A stretch of 64,000 nt of DNA, taken from contig CAVUXE010000073.1 of NCBI GenBank assembly GCA_963745235.1, positions 1-64,000 on the forward strand, read 5' to 3'. Positions 9,971 to 21,300 of this stretch are shown here, one piece after another. The DNA comes from an uncultured Spirochaetota bacterium. Lineage in GTDB: Bacteria; Spirochaetota; Spirochaetia; SZUA-6; Fen-1364. Both the position numbers and the translations under genes were made by a program. Position 1 is the first letter of the stretch; each line of letters opens with the position of its first letter. Below the pieces are notes generated by a model. The model made no database searches. It was not told the origin of the DNA and saw only the letters and a list, made by a program, of their open reading frames with translations.

Positions 9971-10480
9971 ATGGAAGTCATGCCCGAGATCCTCAACAGG
10001 AGGAGCGTAAGGTCCTTCACTTCCCAGCCTATCGAGAAAGAGCAGATCGAACGGATCCTGGAAGCTGCGCGCCTGGCACCGTCAGCGAAGAACAGGCAGG
10101 AATGGCGGTTTGTCGTCATCCAGAAAAAGGAAGCCAGGCAGAAAATGATGGAGGCGGCGTTCGGCCAGGAGTACGTCGGGCAGGCGCCTGCCATCGTTGC
10201 CGTCTGCACCACCAACATCGACTATCGCATGCCCAACGGCCAGCTCTCGTACCCCATCGACCTCGCCTTCGCCTCCGCCCACATCGTGCTCCAGGCGGTG
10301 CACGAGGGGCTGGGCACCTGCTGCATCACGACCTTCGACGAGCAGGAGGTCCGGGAGCTGCTCACGGCTCCGTTCTCCATGCGCGTCATTTTGTTGATCC
10401 TGATCGGCCACACGGACGTGGAGTCAGAGCCGACTCAGCGCAAGACGCTGAAGCAGATCTCCTCACGGGATCACTGGTAG
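9971..10480 (+). CDS. Nitroreductase family protein
   Basis: RRSVRSF, APSAKNRQEWRF, EGLGTCCI. Confidence 0.92.
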   Translation: MEVMPEILNRRSVRSFTSQPIEKEQIERILEAARLAPSAKNRQEWRFVVIQKKEARQKMMEAAFGQEYVGQAPAIVAVCTTNIDYRMPNGQLSYPIDLAFASAHIVLQAVHEGLGTCCITTFDEQEVRELLTAPFSMRVILLILIGHTDVESEPTQRKTLKQISSRDHW

Positions 10481-10495
10481 CGCTCTCCCCGAAGG

Positions 10496-12329
10496 CTATC
10501 CCTTCTTCATCCTTATCAGCACGATCATGGCGTGGCCGCCCTTTTCGTTGATGTACTCATGCTTCCCCATCCCGGCGGGGATGATGGCCGCCTGGAGCCG
10601 CTCGATCTTTGTCTGCCTCTCCGGGTGCTCCACCGAGCGGACTGTCACCTCTTCCCCTTCCGCGAGCGTCGCGATATGCATGTACTTCCCTTCGGTGTCG
10701 TTCTCGACACCGTGGGTGAAGAACAGCCTCTCGATATGAAACGGCATTTCGCCCAGGGTCGTGTACTGGTCCTTTCTCGTCTCCCCATCACCTGACTGCA
10801 CCACCGGGCGAGCCCTGAGGTGACGTCTCACATACTCCTCCCGCCGCCACCTGTTGTTGGCAAAGGAATGATCGAGGTGCATCCTCATGCGCTTTCCCGT
10901 CATGCTCTTGGTCGTGTCGTCCCAGGTCGGGCGCGCATAGTCGAAAGTGAAAAAGGAGTACTCGGTCCCCGCGACGCTTGGCCCGGTATCCATCTCGAGG
11001 ATCATCTGGTTGCCGCCGTGGCCGTGGCTCGTGCCGGGGGGGATGAGGAAGAGGTCTCCGACAACGGTGTCCCATCGCTTGATGAAATCCTGCCAGTGAG
11101 GAATGGGCTTCTGGTTGTTTGACTCCCGTGTCAGTCGTTCCCATTCCTCCAGGTCAGCCTCCTCCTTGAAACCCATCCACGTGGTTGCCCCCTTGTAGGC
11201 CTCCACGATGTAGTAGGTCTCATACCGTCCGAGGGGCTCGTTGAAATGCCGGCGCACGTAGTCGGTATCAGGATGGTCGTGGACCGGGCATGCTCGAGTT
11301 TTCAAACGGAACGGGCGTGGGAAAATACCCGTCGTCCAGCCAGACCTGCAGCGGCATGAGACCCGGGTAGGTGCGGTGAATGTATTCGCCGACAATCTCC
11401 GTGCGGGTGCTGCATGAAGTTCTGCGCGGGGATGTTCAGCGTTTCACGCGCGCCCACATCGATCAGGACGCTGAGCTCGATTCCCGCCAGCTCGTTCCAC
11501 GCGTTGCATTCGAGGCCGGGGACCTCCCACAGCGCCCGGTGGCGCTGGCCTCCCCAGGGGCCGGGTTGCATGATCTTTACCTGCTTGATGGGGTATTTCA
11601 CCAGCGTATCGATGATGCCGTCGTAGTGCTCCCTCGGCACGAGCTTCAGGTTGTCCGCCAGGACTGAATCAACGTAATAGTCCATGCGGGGAAAGGCATA
11701 CTTCTTCTGTCGGTAGAGGAGGTAGAAATCGCAGTAGTAGTACCTCTTCCAGGAGTAGCCGGGTCCGGCTGCGTACGCCCGAAGGGAACCAGCGTGCCAT
11801 CCCACATCTGCCACAGCATGGGCTGCATCGTGAAATCGAAGTAGAATCGCAGGTCATACAGGTCGTCCAGGGCCGGCATATCCGCTCCGGGACCCATGAC
11901 GATCACCGCCCCCGTGGACGGCTTCTTCGTCAGCTCCTCCCGGAAATCCCGGACTCTTTTCGCGTCGAAGACGTCTTCAATCGTTCCCCCGGCGTTGACC
12001 CAGCCGAAGCTCGGGTCGTCCGTCTCAAAGGTCTTCCCGTACGCGGCAATCTCATCCGCGGACCTGGCAAGGGACGCTGCCTGGCAGAATGTGACGCGTA
12101 ACCCCGCCCGCCCCGCGGCGGACTTCACTGCATCCATGATCCGGGGCCAGTCCACCCCGTACCACCCTTCGAACGCCGCCCGGATTCCCGCTTTCTCTTT
12201 CTGTCGTTCGGCAATCCGCGCAACGATGAAATCAGCCACCTCGGAGCCCCCCGTGACGATGGAGCTCTTCCACTCAGCGGGAACTTTCAGAAAATTGACC
12301 GCGTTCTTCCTGTACTCGTAGAGTGGCAT
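10496..12329 (-). CDS. Long class I mannose-6-phosphate isomerase-like cupin protein, frameshifted
   Basis: Three overlapping ORF pieces; PGPWGGQ, VHDHP, ETYY, PPGTSHGHG metal-site pattern; extra N-terminal domain (EGWYGVDW). Confidence 0.75.
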
Positions 12330-12365
12330 GGAAAACCCCCTGTATCGATGAACGCGACGCGCCTC

Positions 12366-13589
12366 CTACCGTCGTACGGCGTCGAACATCGCGACGATGT
12401 TCTGGGGAGGAACGTTCGCGAGGATATTGTGGACCTGCTGAAAGACGAAACCGCCATCCGGCGCCAGGATGTCCACCTGCTTTCGCACGTGGTCCCGTAT
12501 GGCCGCCGGCGTGCCATGGGGAAGCACCTCTCTGGTGTCGCACCCTCCGCCCCAGAGGACCAGGTCTTTGCCGAAATCCTTCTTGAGCCCGGCCGCATCC
12601 ATCCCCGCGCAGGAGATCTGGACTGGATTCACGGTGTCGAGCCCCGCCTCAAGGAGGTCAGGGAGGAGCTCGCGGATCCCGCCGCAGCTGTGCAGCATCA
12701 CCCTGACGGGCGCCAGCTCCTTGGCCCGGCGCCACAGCCGGGCGTGCCGGGGCTTGAAGATGCGGCGGTACATGTCGGGCGATATCTGCGGCCCGGACTG
12801 CATGCCCAGGTCGTCACCGAACAGGACAATGTCGATGGAGCGGCCGACCGCGGATAGAAAACGTTCCAGGGCCTCGAGGTGGATATCCACCACCGCGTCG
12901 AGGAACGCCTCCGCGCGGCTGGGCTCCGCGGCCAGCAGCATGAAGAAGTTGTCATTGCGATAGAGGAACTGGCCGATCTCCAGGAGGTTCCCGCCGAAAA
13001 GCCCGACAATGGCGCGGGAGGAAGAGGAGCGCAGGTTCTCCGCCCCGGCGCGAAGCTTCCCCGTGCCGCCGGGGCCGTCGGCGATGGGGCCCGGAGGAGA
13101 TGCGACGGCTGTCCACATCGTCTCGTCCAGCGCCCGGGGGATCTCGGAAAGGTCGTCATGCTCGGCGAAAGGGAAGTTGGCCTGCTCGAAGTACAACGCG
13201 CCGTCGGGCATGCGCCCCATCTTCTGCCCGGTCTTCGAGCGCAGGACCCACTCCCCGGGCCCGCGCTCCAGCCGCAGCCAGGCCGGCATGCTGCACGGCG
13301 TCCCATCGGGCAGGGTCCAGTCCTGCCACTGGCTGTCCTCCTGCGCGAAGCCTCTGCCCATCTCGATGGTGTCGATGTGGAAGCGCTCCATCACGTCCTG
13401 GTCGATGACCGCCAGCTGCTGGATCGGGTCATAGACCCTGATCGGCCTTTTCGGCAGCCCGAGATAGTCGCGAAGCCTGGCATAGGCGATGGCGGCTATC
13501 CCGGACGATCTGTGTCCGCCGAAGTCGATGGGGACCGTGTCGGACTCCCTGTGCTCGAACGCGCTGAGGACCCTCTCTCGTGATGTCAT
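12366..13589 (-). CDS. Uroporphyrinogen decarboxylase/MtaA-like family protein
   Basis: MTSRERV, GDDLGMQ..PQISP, LHSCG, NPVQ, WGGGCD, GGFVFQQVHNI. Confidence 0.85.
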   Translation of the reverse strand: MTSRERVLSAFEHRESDTVPIDFGGHRSSGIAAIAYARLRDYLGLPKRPIRVYDPIQQLAVIDQDVMERFHIDTIEMGRGFAQEDSQWQDWTLPDGTPCSMPAWLRLERGPGEWVLRSKTGQKMGRMPDGALYFEQANFPFAEHDDLSEIPRALDETMWTAVASPPGPIADGPGGTGKLRAGAENLRSSSSRAIVGLFGGNLLEIGQFLYRNDNFFMLLAAEPSRAEAFLDAVVDIHLEALERFLSAVGRSIDIVLFGDDLGMQSGPQISPDMYRRIFKPRHARLWRRAKELAPVRVMLHSCGGIRELLPDLLEAGLDTVNPVQISCAGMDAAGLKKDFGKDLVLWGGGCDTREVLPHGTPAAIRDHVRKQVDILAPDGGFVFQQVHNILANVPPQNIVAMFDAVRR

Positions 13590-13590
13590 C

Positions 13591-14622
13591 TCATTTCTCC
13601 TCCGCCGCGCCGCTGCACGACTCCCGTTTCACGAGCTGCTCTTTCACCTTGAGCACGTGCACCTCCTCGTGATCGTGACGGAAGCGCTCCAGCATGAGAT
13701 TCGCGGCTATCCTGCCCAGAAGCGAGGTGTTGATGCGCATGGTGGTGATCTGGGGCTGGCCCGGCAGACTGTAGTCCAGGACGTCTCCCGGGGCGATGAG
13801 GGAAACGTCCTGCGGGACGCGAAGGCCCAGCTCCCGCAACGCGCTGATGACGTACAGCCCCAGGTAGTCGTCATGCGCGAACACCGCCGTCGGTCTGCCG
13901 GGCCTCGTGAACAGGGAGCCCAGCCGCTTCACCAGGCGCCCGCTGTCCATGAACGCGATAGTGATTCGCTGATCAGGAGAAAACACGAGCTGGTTCTCAT
14001 CCAGGGCTTTCTTGAAGCCGACGAACCTGTCTGCCATCAGCGCCGGCATATCGGGACGCTCATACTCCACGAACGCGATCGACCGGTGTCCGAGGGAAAC
14101 GAGGTACTGGGTACCCTCGTACGCGCCCTGGAAGTCATCAACGCACACAGAGTAGTGCCGGTCCTGGAAATTGCTGTTGTTGACCGTCACAAGGAGGATT
14201 CCTCGCCGCTCCAGGTCCTCGAAGAGCTTCTCGTCCCCGAACTGCACCGAAAAGACCGCGGAGAGGCCGTGCCCTTCGACGATGCGCAGGGGCTCCTGCG
14301 CGCTTGTCAGCACGCTGACGGGAATCATGACCGGGGCGTATCCCTCGCGAAGCATCGCCCGTTCGAGCTCCAGCAGGATGGGCCTCATGAAGTTCCATTC
14401 GTGGCTGCGATCATCGAGGTGGAAGATGCCGACCAGGCCCTGCGCGCTCGAGGGCCTGACCCTCTGGCCTGCGCGCACTCGGTATCCGAGCTGGTCCGCG
14501 ACCGCCTGGATCTTCTCGCGCACTTCAACGGATATTCTCCCCTTGCCCGAAAGAGCGAGAGAGGCTGTGGCAAGGGATACACCAACGCGTTGGGCTACAT
14601 CCTGCAATCTGGCGCCAGCCAT
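13591..14622 (-). CDS. LacI-family transcriptional regulator
   Basis: LQDVAQRVGVSLATASLAL HTH; VPQDVSLI; LVKRES. Confidence 0.93.
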   Translation of the reverse strand: MAGARLQDVAQRVGVSLATASLALSGKGRISVEVREKIQAVADQLGYRVRAGQRVRPSSAQGLVGIFHLDDRSHEWNFMRPILLELERAMLREGYAPVMIPVSVLTSAQEPLRIVEGHGLSAVFSVQFGDEKLFEDLERRGILLVTVNNSNFQDRHYSVCVDDFQGAYEGTQYLVSLGHRSIAFVEYERPDMPALMADRFVGFKKALDENQLVFSPDQRITIAFMDSGRLVKRLGSLFTRPGRPTAVFAHDDYLGLYVISALRELGLRVPQDVSLIAPGDVLDYSLPGQPQITTMRINTSLLGRIAANLMLERFRHDHEEVHVLKVKEQLVKRESCSGAAEEK

Positions 14623-14638
14623 ATCTATCCTCTGAAAT

Positions 14639-14797
14639 GCTAAAATTTTATCTTATTTAACCAAAAGAATATGGAGATTGTCAAGGGCTCTTGAGCCAGA
14701 AATAACTCCCAGAGCTGGGTGGAAGCGTGATAAAAGTTGGTCAATGAAGTTTTTCTTCCTTGACAGCAGCTTCGGAGTCTGATAAAAACAGATAAAA
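14639..14797. promoter_or_regulatory. Divergent promoter region with repeated GATAAAA half-sites and TTGACA (14760)
   Basis: Near-palindrome GCTAAAATTTTATC 14639-14652; GATAAAA at 14729, 14781, 14791. Confidence 0.5.
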
Positions 14798-14848
14798 GTA
14801 CCATTTGGTAAGTGTCGAGCAAATCCGATTTGAGCAAGGGAGGTCTTT

Positions 14849-16104
14849 ATGAGGAACAGGAAGAAGCTCGTTCTCCTCCTTCTCCTGCCGGTGCTTCTTT
14901 TGGTCGGCATCTCATTCGCTGGCGCACAAAACCTGATCCTGATGCACGACAAGGGAGGAAACCCCAACTATCAGCCATTCTTCGAGAAGGTCGGACAGGA
15001 GGCAAAGGATGCGGTCGGAGTCGGAGTTCACGCCGACCCCCTATCCGGACACCAGCACCTACATCGCCGCGGTGCGCGCCGCTCTTCCCACGGACAAGGC
15101 CCCTGACCTCTTCACGTGGTGGTCCACGTACAGGATGAAGGACCTGATCGACCAGGGACTGGTCGCCGACATCACCGATCTGTGGGACAAGCACAAGGCG
15201 GAGTATCCCAAGGGAGTTCGGGACGCCTTCACGTTCAACGGAAAGGTCTACGGCTTCTGTGATGTCGTGGAGTACTGGGGCGTCTGGTACAACAAGGCAG
15301 TTTTCGCCAAGTACAACCTTTCGGTCCCCACCACCTGGCAGCAATTCCTGGCCGTCTGCGATACGCTGAAGAAGAACGGCGTCACGCCCCTGGCCCAGAC
15401 GGTGCAGGGCAGGTGGCCCACCTTCATCATGTTCGAGGAGATGGTGGCCCGCCAGGACCCGCAGCTGTACGTGGACCTGTGCGACGGGAAAGTCAAGTAC
15501 ACCGACCCGCGCGTGAAGCAGGCCTTCGCGGTGTGGGCGGACCTGATCAACAAGGGCTATTTCACGGATCCTTCCACCGATCTGTTCTCTGACGTACCCC
15601 GCCTGTTCAACAGCGGGGAGGTTGCCATGGTCCCCTGCGGCTCCTGGTACCTCACCGTGCTCACCGGCAACGGCGTGCCGGAAGACAATGCGGACATCTT
15701 CATCATGCCGCCGGTCAACCCGAAGGCAGGGAAAGTCGTGATCCTGGAGGCCAGCCCCATTCTCATCGGCGCCAAGGCCCCGAACCTCGCAGAGGCCATG
15801 AAGGTTGCCGACTGGTGGATGGGCCCCGAAGGCAACGCAGCGTTCGCAAAGCTGGTGAACCAGTTCCCGCCCAACTCCAAGGCGGACGCGAGCTTCCTGC
15901 CCGGCGTCGAAGGTGGCCTTGAAGCAGAAGATCGTCTCGGAGAACTACCGGGTCCTCAACCGGTACTGGGAGGCGACACCGACTCCCATCTGCGAGAAAG
16001 CGGTGGACAAGTTTGCGGAGTTCATCCTGAAGCCGAGCTCTGTCAACACGGTGCTGGCGGATCTGGACAAGATTGCCGCCGACTACTGGGCAAAGAACAA
16101 GTAG
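14849..16104 (+). CDS. Carbohydrate ABC transporter substrate-binding protein (CUT1), two frameshifts
   Basis: Signal peptide; APDLF, VWYNKAVF, PTTWQQF, FNSGEVAM. Confidence 0.88.
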
Positions 16105-16177
16105 AGGAATAGGATCTGACTCATCCAACGGGGCCCCAGGCGCTCACCATCGCCCGCGGCGCCCCGTCATTCATTTC

Positions 16178-17062
16178 GTGGAGGACTCCCTGAAACCCAA
16201 GGAAGCAGCAATCAGCTATCTGTTCATCCTCCCTGCGTTTGTCCTGGTGGTGGTCCTCCTCATCGTCCCGATGCTCCAGAACATCTATTACAGCTTCTTC
16301 GACTGGGACGGGCTCGCAAAGCCCGTTTTCGCGGGCATCAGGAACTTCACGGCGCTTTTCAGTGACAGTGTTCTTGCCGGCTCCATGCTGAACACGGTGA
16401 TCTGGGTTGCTTTTACCCTGGTGTTCCCTGTCATGGGAGGGCTGCTTGTCGCCGTATTCGTTACCGGCCTGCGGGCGGAGAACTTCTTCAAGTCGATATT
16501 CTTCATCCCTCTCACCATCTCGTTCGTCGCCACGGGAACCATCTGGACGTACATGTTCAGCCGGGAGCTCGGCGTCCTCAACGGGATGTTCCGCCTCCTC
16601 GGTCTTCCCATCAAGCTCTCCTGGCTGACGAGCGTGCCGCTCAACACCTTCTCCATGCTGGTCTCCTGGACCTGGCAGCAGCTGGGGACGAACATGGTGA
16701 TGTTCCTGATGGGCCTTTCCACCATCCCCACTGACCCCATAGAAGCCTGCCTGATGGATGGGGCAAGCGGGTGGCAGACCTTCGTGCACGTGAAGTTCCC
16801 CATGCTTGCGCCCATCACCACCGTGGTGATCACCATGGCCATGGTGAACGGGTTCAAGGTTTTCGACATCATTTACGTGATGACTCGCGGCGGTCCCTAC
16901 CAGTCCTCCGAGACTCTCGCGGTGTCGATGTTCCGTGAGACGTTCACCCTTTTCCACATGGGCTACGGCGCGGCCATTGCCGTCCTTCTCTCCGTCATCG
17001 TGATTGTCATCTCCGCTGCATACATCAGGCGCATGACGCGCCGCGACCTCCTGTACTATTGA
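16178..17062 (+). CDS. Carbohydrate ABC permease (start GTG16178 or CTG16190)
   Basis: YLFILPA, EAA-like motif EACLMDGASGWQ, FKVFD..MTRGGP. Confidence 0.9.
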   Translation: MEDSLKPKEAAISYLFILPAFVLVVVLLIVPMLQNIYYSFFDWDGLAKPVFAGIRNFTALFSDSVLAGSMLNTVIWVAFTLVFPVMGGLLVAVFVTGLRAENFFKSIFFIPLTISFVATGTIWTYMFSRELGVLNGMFRLLGLPIKLSWLTSVPLNTFSMLVSWTWQQLGTNMVMFLMGLSTIPTDPIEACLMDGASGWQTFVHVKFPMLAPITTVVITMAMVNGFKVFDIIYVMTRGGPYQSSETLAVSMFRETFTLFHMGYGAAIAVLLSVIVIVISAAYIRRMTRRDLLYY

Positions 17063-17072
17063 GAGAACACGC

Positions 17073-17921
17073 GTGAGGAATCGTATGACCATCGCAAGGG
17101 CCGTGCGGAAGGCACCGATCTATCTCGTGCTCGGGGTGTTGTGTGTTCTCTGGCTCATCCCGGTGCTGAGCACGCTCGTGGTCTCCCTCAAGAGCCCGCA
17201 GGAGTTCGTGACGCAGAAGTTCTACCAGCTCCCGGGGCGCATTTACCTGCTCTCCAACCTCCAGAAGGTGCTGTCCGAGTACCGGCTGAACGCCCATTTC
17301 GTCAACTCTCTGCTCTATGCGGTTGCAGGCGGGGCCGTGACCATCATCACGGCTTCCATGGCCGGCTACAGCATTGTACGGCTGCGCCCGAAGTTCAATT
17401 TCCTTCTTTTTCTCATCATCTACAGCGGGACGCTTTTCCCGTTCCAGATGTACCTCATTCCCGTGTACCGCCTTTTCAACGTGCTCGGGCTCTACGACAC
17501 GCGAACAGGAATGATCCTGATCTACTCTGCAATCTGCATACCGTTCAGCCTCTTTGTGTACCGCGGCTTCTACACCACGATCCCCCGCGAGATCGAGGAG
17601 GCGGCGCGGCTTGACGGGTGCGGCCCGGTGCGTTCTTTCGTCTCGATCTTCCTCCCCCAGTCCCTGCCGCCCACCGCCGTGGTGGCCCTCTTCCAGATGA
17701 CATGGATTTGGAATGACCTGCTGTTCGGAATGGTGTTGTCACGCACACAGCACGTGCGGCCCATCATGGTAGCGCTGGCAACGATGACCGGCTATGGCGG
17801 CGGCAACATTCCCTGGATCATGACGGGGGTGATCTTCACGTCCGTGCCGACCGTCGTGCTCTTCGTCCTTCTTCGCAGGTTCTTCATCCAGGGAATGAGC
17901 CTGTCCGTCGCGTCCAAATGA
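17073..17921 (+). CDS. Carbohydrate ABC permease
   Basis: IPREIEEAARLDG, WIWND. Confidence 0.92.
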   Translation: MRNRMTIARAVRKAPIYLVLGVLCVLWLIPVLSTLVVSLKSPQEFVTQKFYQLPGRIYLLSNLQKVLSEYRLNAHFVNSLLYAVAGGAVTIITASMAGYSIVRLRPKFNFLLFLIIYSGTLFPFQMYLIPVYRLFNVLGLYDTRTGMILIYSAICIPFSLFVYRGFYTTIPREIEEAARLDGCGPVRSFVSIFLPQSLPPTAVVALFQMTWIWNDLLFGMVLSRTQHVRPIMVALATMTGYGGGNIPWIMTGVIFTSVPTVVLFVLLRRFFIQGMSLSVASK

Positions 17922-17943
17922 GGCCGCGCTCGCCGGCGCCCGG

Positions 17944-18285
17944 CTATTCCCGCGGGGCGCTGACGTAGTAACGGACCAGCTTCTCCAGGCTGGCCGCGTC
18001 CTGCTCGGTAACCCCGCGGACCTTCCCTCCCATCAGGTGCCATAGGGGGTCATTTCTCGCCCAGCGCACGTCAAGCAGGATTCGAAAGGGCTCGATTGTC
18101 GGCTCATGGACCGGGATGATCTGAACAGTCACGGTCTGCCCTTCCTTCACGGGAACAGGATCCATGAAAGCAACCTGGCACCCTGAAGCGCTCAGGTCCC
18201 GGAGATAGCCGGGCGTCTGCGAACCTGGAAAAACTGCCTTGGCATGCGTTGTTGCTCTCTCGTCCCGGCGTTGCTCAGCGCTCAT
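17944..18285 (-). CDS. PilZ domain protein (c-di-GMP receptor)
   Basis: QRRDER (RxxxR) and DLSASG (DxSxxG). Confidence 0.85.
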   Translation of the reverse strand: MSAEQRRDERATTHAKAVFPGSQTPGYLRDLSASGCQVAFMDPVPVKEGQTVTVQIIPVHEPTIEPFRILLDVRWARNDPLWHLMGGKVRGVTEQDAASLEKLVRYYVSAPRE

Positions 18286-18372
18286 CCGCGGCCTCCCCTG
18301 GTGTCGGCTTCCCTGGTCCGCAAATGCACTTTGTCCCTTTCAAAAACGCAGACAATATTGGATAATTGGCGC

Positions 18373-21300
18373 ATGGTATATTGTTACGCGGAGTTGCGCA
18401 ACTACAGGCAGCTCACGCGCCTGCGGGCCTCCAGTCTCCCCGGTGTCGAATCGGGCCTTGCGGGCTCCCTCGGATCGCGAAAAACCTCATTGATTTCACT
18501 TGGGCAGGGCGCGTGGCTGGTCGAGCTGGGCGCCGAAGCCGATCTGGATGCCAGCGGAGTCGCCGCCGCCATGCTCAGGGTCCTCGATTTCCTCGAGGCT
18601 CGTCGCCAGGAGCTTTTCGGCTTTGCCCTCCTGGTGACCAGCCTGCCGGGGGGAGCACCCGCGCACATTGGGGAGCGGCTGCGAGGGGTGCTCCTCGGCG
18701 CGGAGCGGGAAGAAGGTCTGTGGTGCACCCCTGAGTGCGTGAAGCTCCTCGCGGAGTTCCTCGCGTTCGACCGCGGCGCGGAGCTGTGGCGGGTCACCGG
18801 CCCGAACCAGACCCCGGAGCCGGAGCTTGCGATCTCCGAGCAGCCGCGGCCCTGGATCCGCGAAGCTCTTGTCGCCCGGGCCCTCGACATCATCTCCTAT
18901 CGGTTGAACACGGGAGATTCCAGGGAGATCCTCCATCTCCACGGCCCGCCCGGGGTTGGAAAGACCGCGCTCCTGCGGGAGGCTGCCACGCGCCTCATGG
19001 GCGGGGGCCGCGAAATGGCGGTCCTCCGACCCCACACGCTCTTCAAACGACGATCCCCCCTGCATCCTTTCCTCAACAGCCTCTCCGCGCCGCTTCTGGC
19101 CGCGGCGCCCCGCTACCTTGCCGGTGTGGAACGCGCTGCCTGGGCGGAGGTCGCGAGTCTCCTCACATGGCTCCTGGGCCCGGAAAGCCGGGAGCTGCAT
19201 CCTGATCACGTGATGGAAGACTTCCTCATCGGCTACCGGCTGTGCCTCACGGCCTGGGTCCGCATGGCGGAGGAAAAACGGCTGCCTGCGCTTTTTCTCT
19301 GTGATGGGGTCGACAGCTATCACCCCGAGGCGAGGCGGATCGCCGCAACCCTGGTGAACGATTTTCTCAGCCTTGCTGATTTCGTTCCCGTTGTCTCTTC
19401 CACCGAAGAATCACTGCCGGAAGAGCTCTCGGGGATCAGCGTGCGGTCCCTGTACGTGCATCCCCTGGGCAAGCGAGAGCTTCGCTCACTCTGCGAGCAT
19501 TTCTACCCGGGGCTTGCGCTTCCCGAGTCCCTGCTGCGCCGGCTTCGCCGGCGATCGGGCGGCGTGTACACCTCCGTCGTATCGTACCTGCAGTACCTCC
19601 ACCGCGCGGGATTCATTCGCTTCGCCGCGGAGCGCCACGAGTGGCTCCCCGTAGCCTCCGATGATTCGAGCCTTCCCGCCAACCCGCTGTCCGCCTCCTG
19701 GTATCTCATCCGAACGCTGCCCCCGGAGTCCTTTCTTCTCCTGTATGCAGTCTCCCTGGCCGGCGGCCTGCTGGACCGCCGTGGTTTCCTCGCTTTCCTG
19801 TCGGAGGCCGGCTTCGAGCAGAGATCAGTGGAAAGGACCCTGTCGGGCCTCGCCATGGCCGGCCTGGTTGCAGATGAAGACACCCTGATCCCCCGGTTTC
19901 CCGTTCTCCGGCGCAAGCTGGAAGAGCAGCTCGGCGTCGAGGGGACCGCGCTGCGGGACCGCTTCCTTTCCCACATGTGCGCTCTGTGGGACGCGGGCAA
20001 GTATCCCCATGCGGTTCTTCTCTTCACGTTCCTTGCGAGGAACAACCGCACCGACCTTGCGCTGAAAGTCCTGCCGGAAATCATCCGGCGCAAGCTGGAG
20101 GAAGGAGACATTGCCGGCGCGCGCACCTTCTGCGATCCGTCAAAGCTCGAGTTTTCCGCGGAGCCGACTCCTTCCCAACGGGAGCAGATCAAGGCGCTCA
20201 TGGCAACGGGGAGGCTGCGCGCGGCTCTCTTCGAAGGGGACCGGGAGGCCGCTGACACGGCCCGGCCGGAGGTGGTGGAGGTTACCCGGTCGAGCTGCGG
20301 CCAGGACCTGCTGGGGGAGGCATGGGTGGAGCTCGCCAAGCAATCGCTCCGCCGCGGGGACTCCCCGGTGTCCCTCGAAGAGGCGAAGCGCGCCCTTCTC
20401 CTCTTCCAGGACCAGCACCAGGGACGCTCCGCCCGCGCCGAAGCCGGAGAGCGCGCATCATACCTCTGGCTCGGGGTGACAATGCTCGCTGACGGCAAGC
20501 TGAGTGAAGCGGCTGAGTACATCGGTCTTTCCGAGAGATTGTGTCGGGAAGCGGGCAGCCCGGCCGGCGCCCTCCTGGCGTGCACCCACCTTGCGGCGGC
20601 GCTGTTCATCAGCGGGCGCTTCACGCAGTGCCTTGCCGCAATCGAGCGCGGCAGGGCGGACGCCCGCGCCATAGACAGGAGGGAGGCAGAGCTGTTCCTC
20701 CTGTTCCTCAAGGCCCGCACCCAGTTCCAGCTCGGCGCGCATGAGGACTCCTGCGTCATCCTGGAGACGTGCCTTGGCCTGGCCACGCTCTACTCCGTGG
20801 AGGCGGCAATCCCCGTGCTTCACGCCTGGCTGGGAAGAGGGGCGCTCTACAAGGGGGAGTTGGACCACGGCCTGCGTCTCCTGACGCAGATGGAGCCGAG
20901 CAGGGAAGTGCTCTTCTTCCTTGCTGAGGGATGCTTCTTCTCCGACGAGCTGGACAGTGCCTCGGAGCACCTGGACCGCGCCCTCGCCATTCCGACGGAG
21001 TTTCACTTTCCACCTGCCGAGGCTCCATCCTGGTCTGACGGTTTTGCTTCCATAGAGGGGAGGTGCTTCCGCTTGAGCCGGGGCGACGCGTTCGTGCGCC
21101 GCAGCCTGTCGGCCCTGCGCGCATTCCTGCTGGGGCTCCGCGGAGCTCCCCAGGAAGGAATTCCAGAGCTGCACAAGCTCACGCGTTCGGAGAGATCCGT
21201 CGAAGAGGATCCCAACGGCTACTGGTACAATTATCTCTACTCGGTCATCCTCCCCGAAGCGGGCGGAGAAGAGATGGATGACAAGGAAACCGTCCTCGGC

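Noticed and set aside
12366-13589. Calling the UroD-like genes hemE (also 51511-52608)
   Set aside because: No RQAGR motif, MtaA-like HxC/HxD motifs and sugar-locus context
14849-17921. ABC operon missing its ATPase
   Set aside because: CUT1 systems commonly share an MsmK/MalK-type ATPase encoded elsewhere
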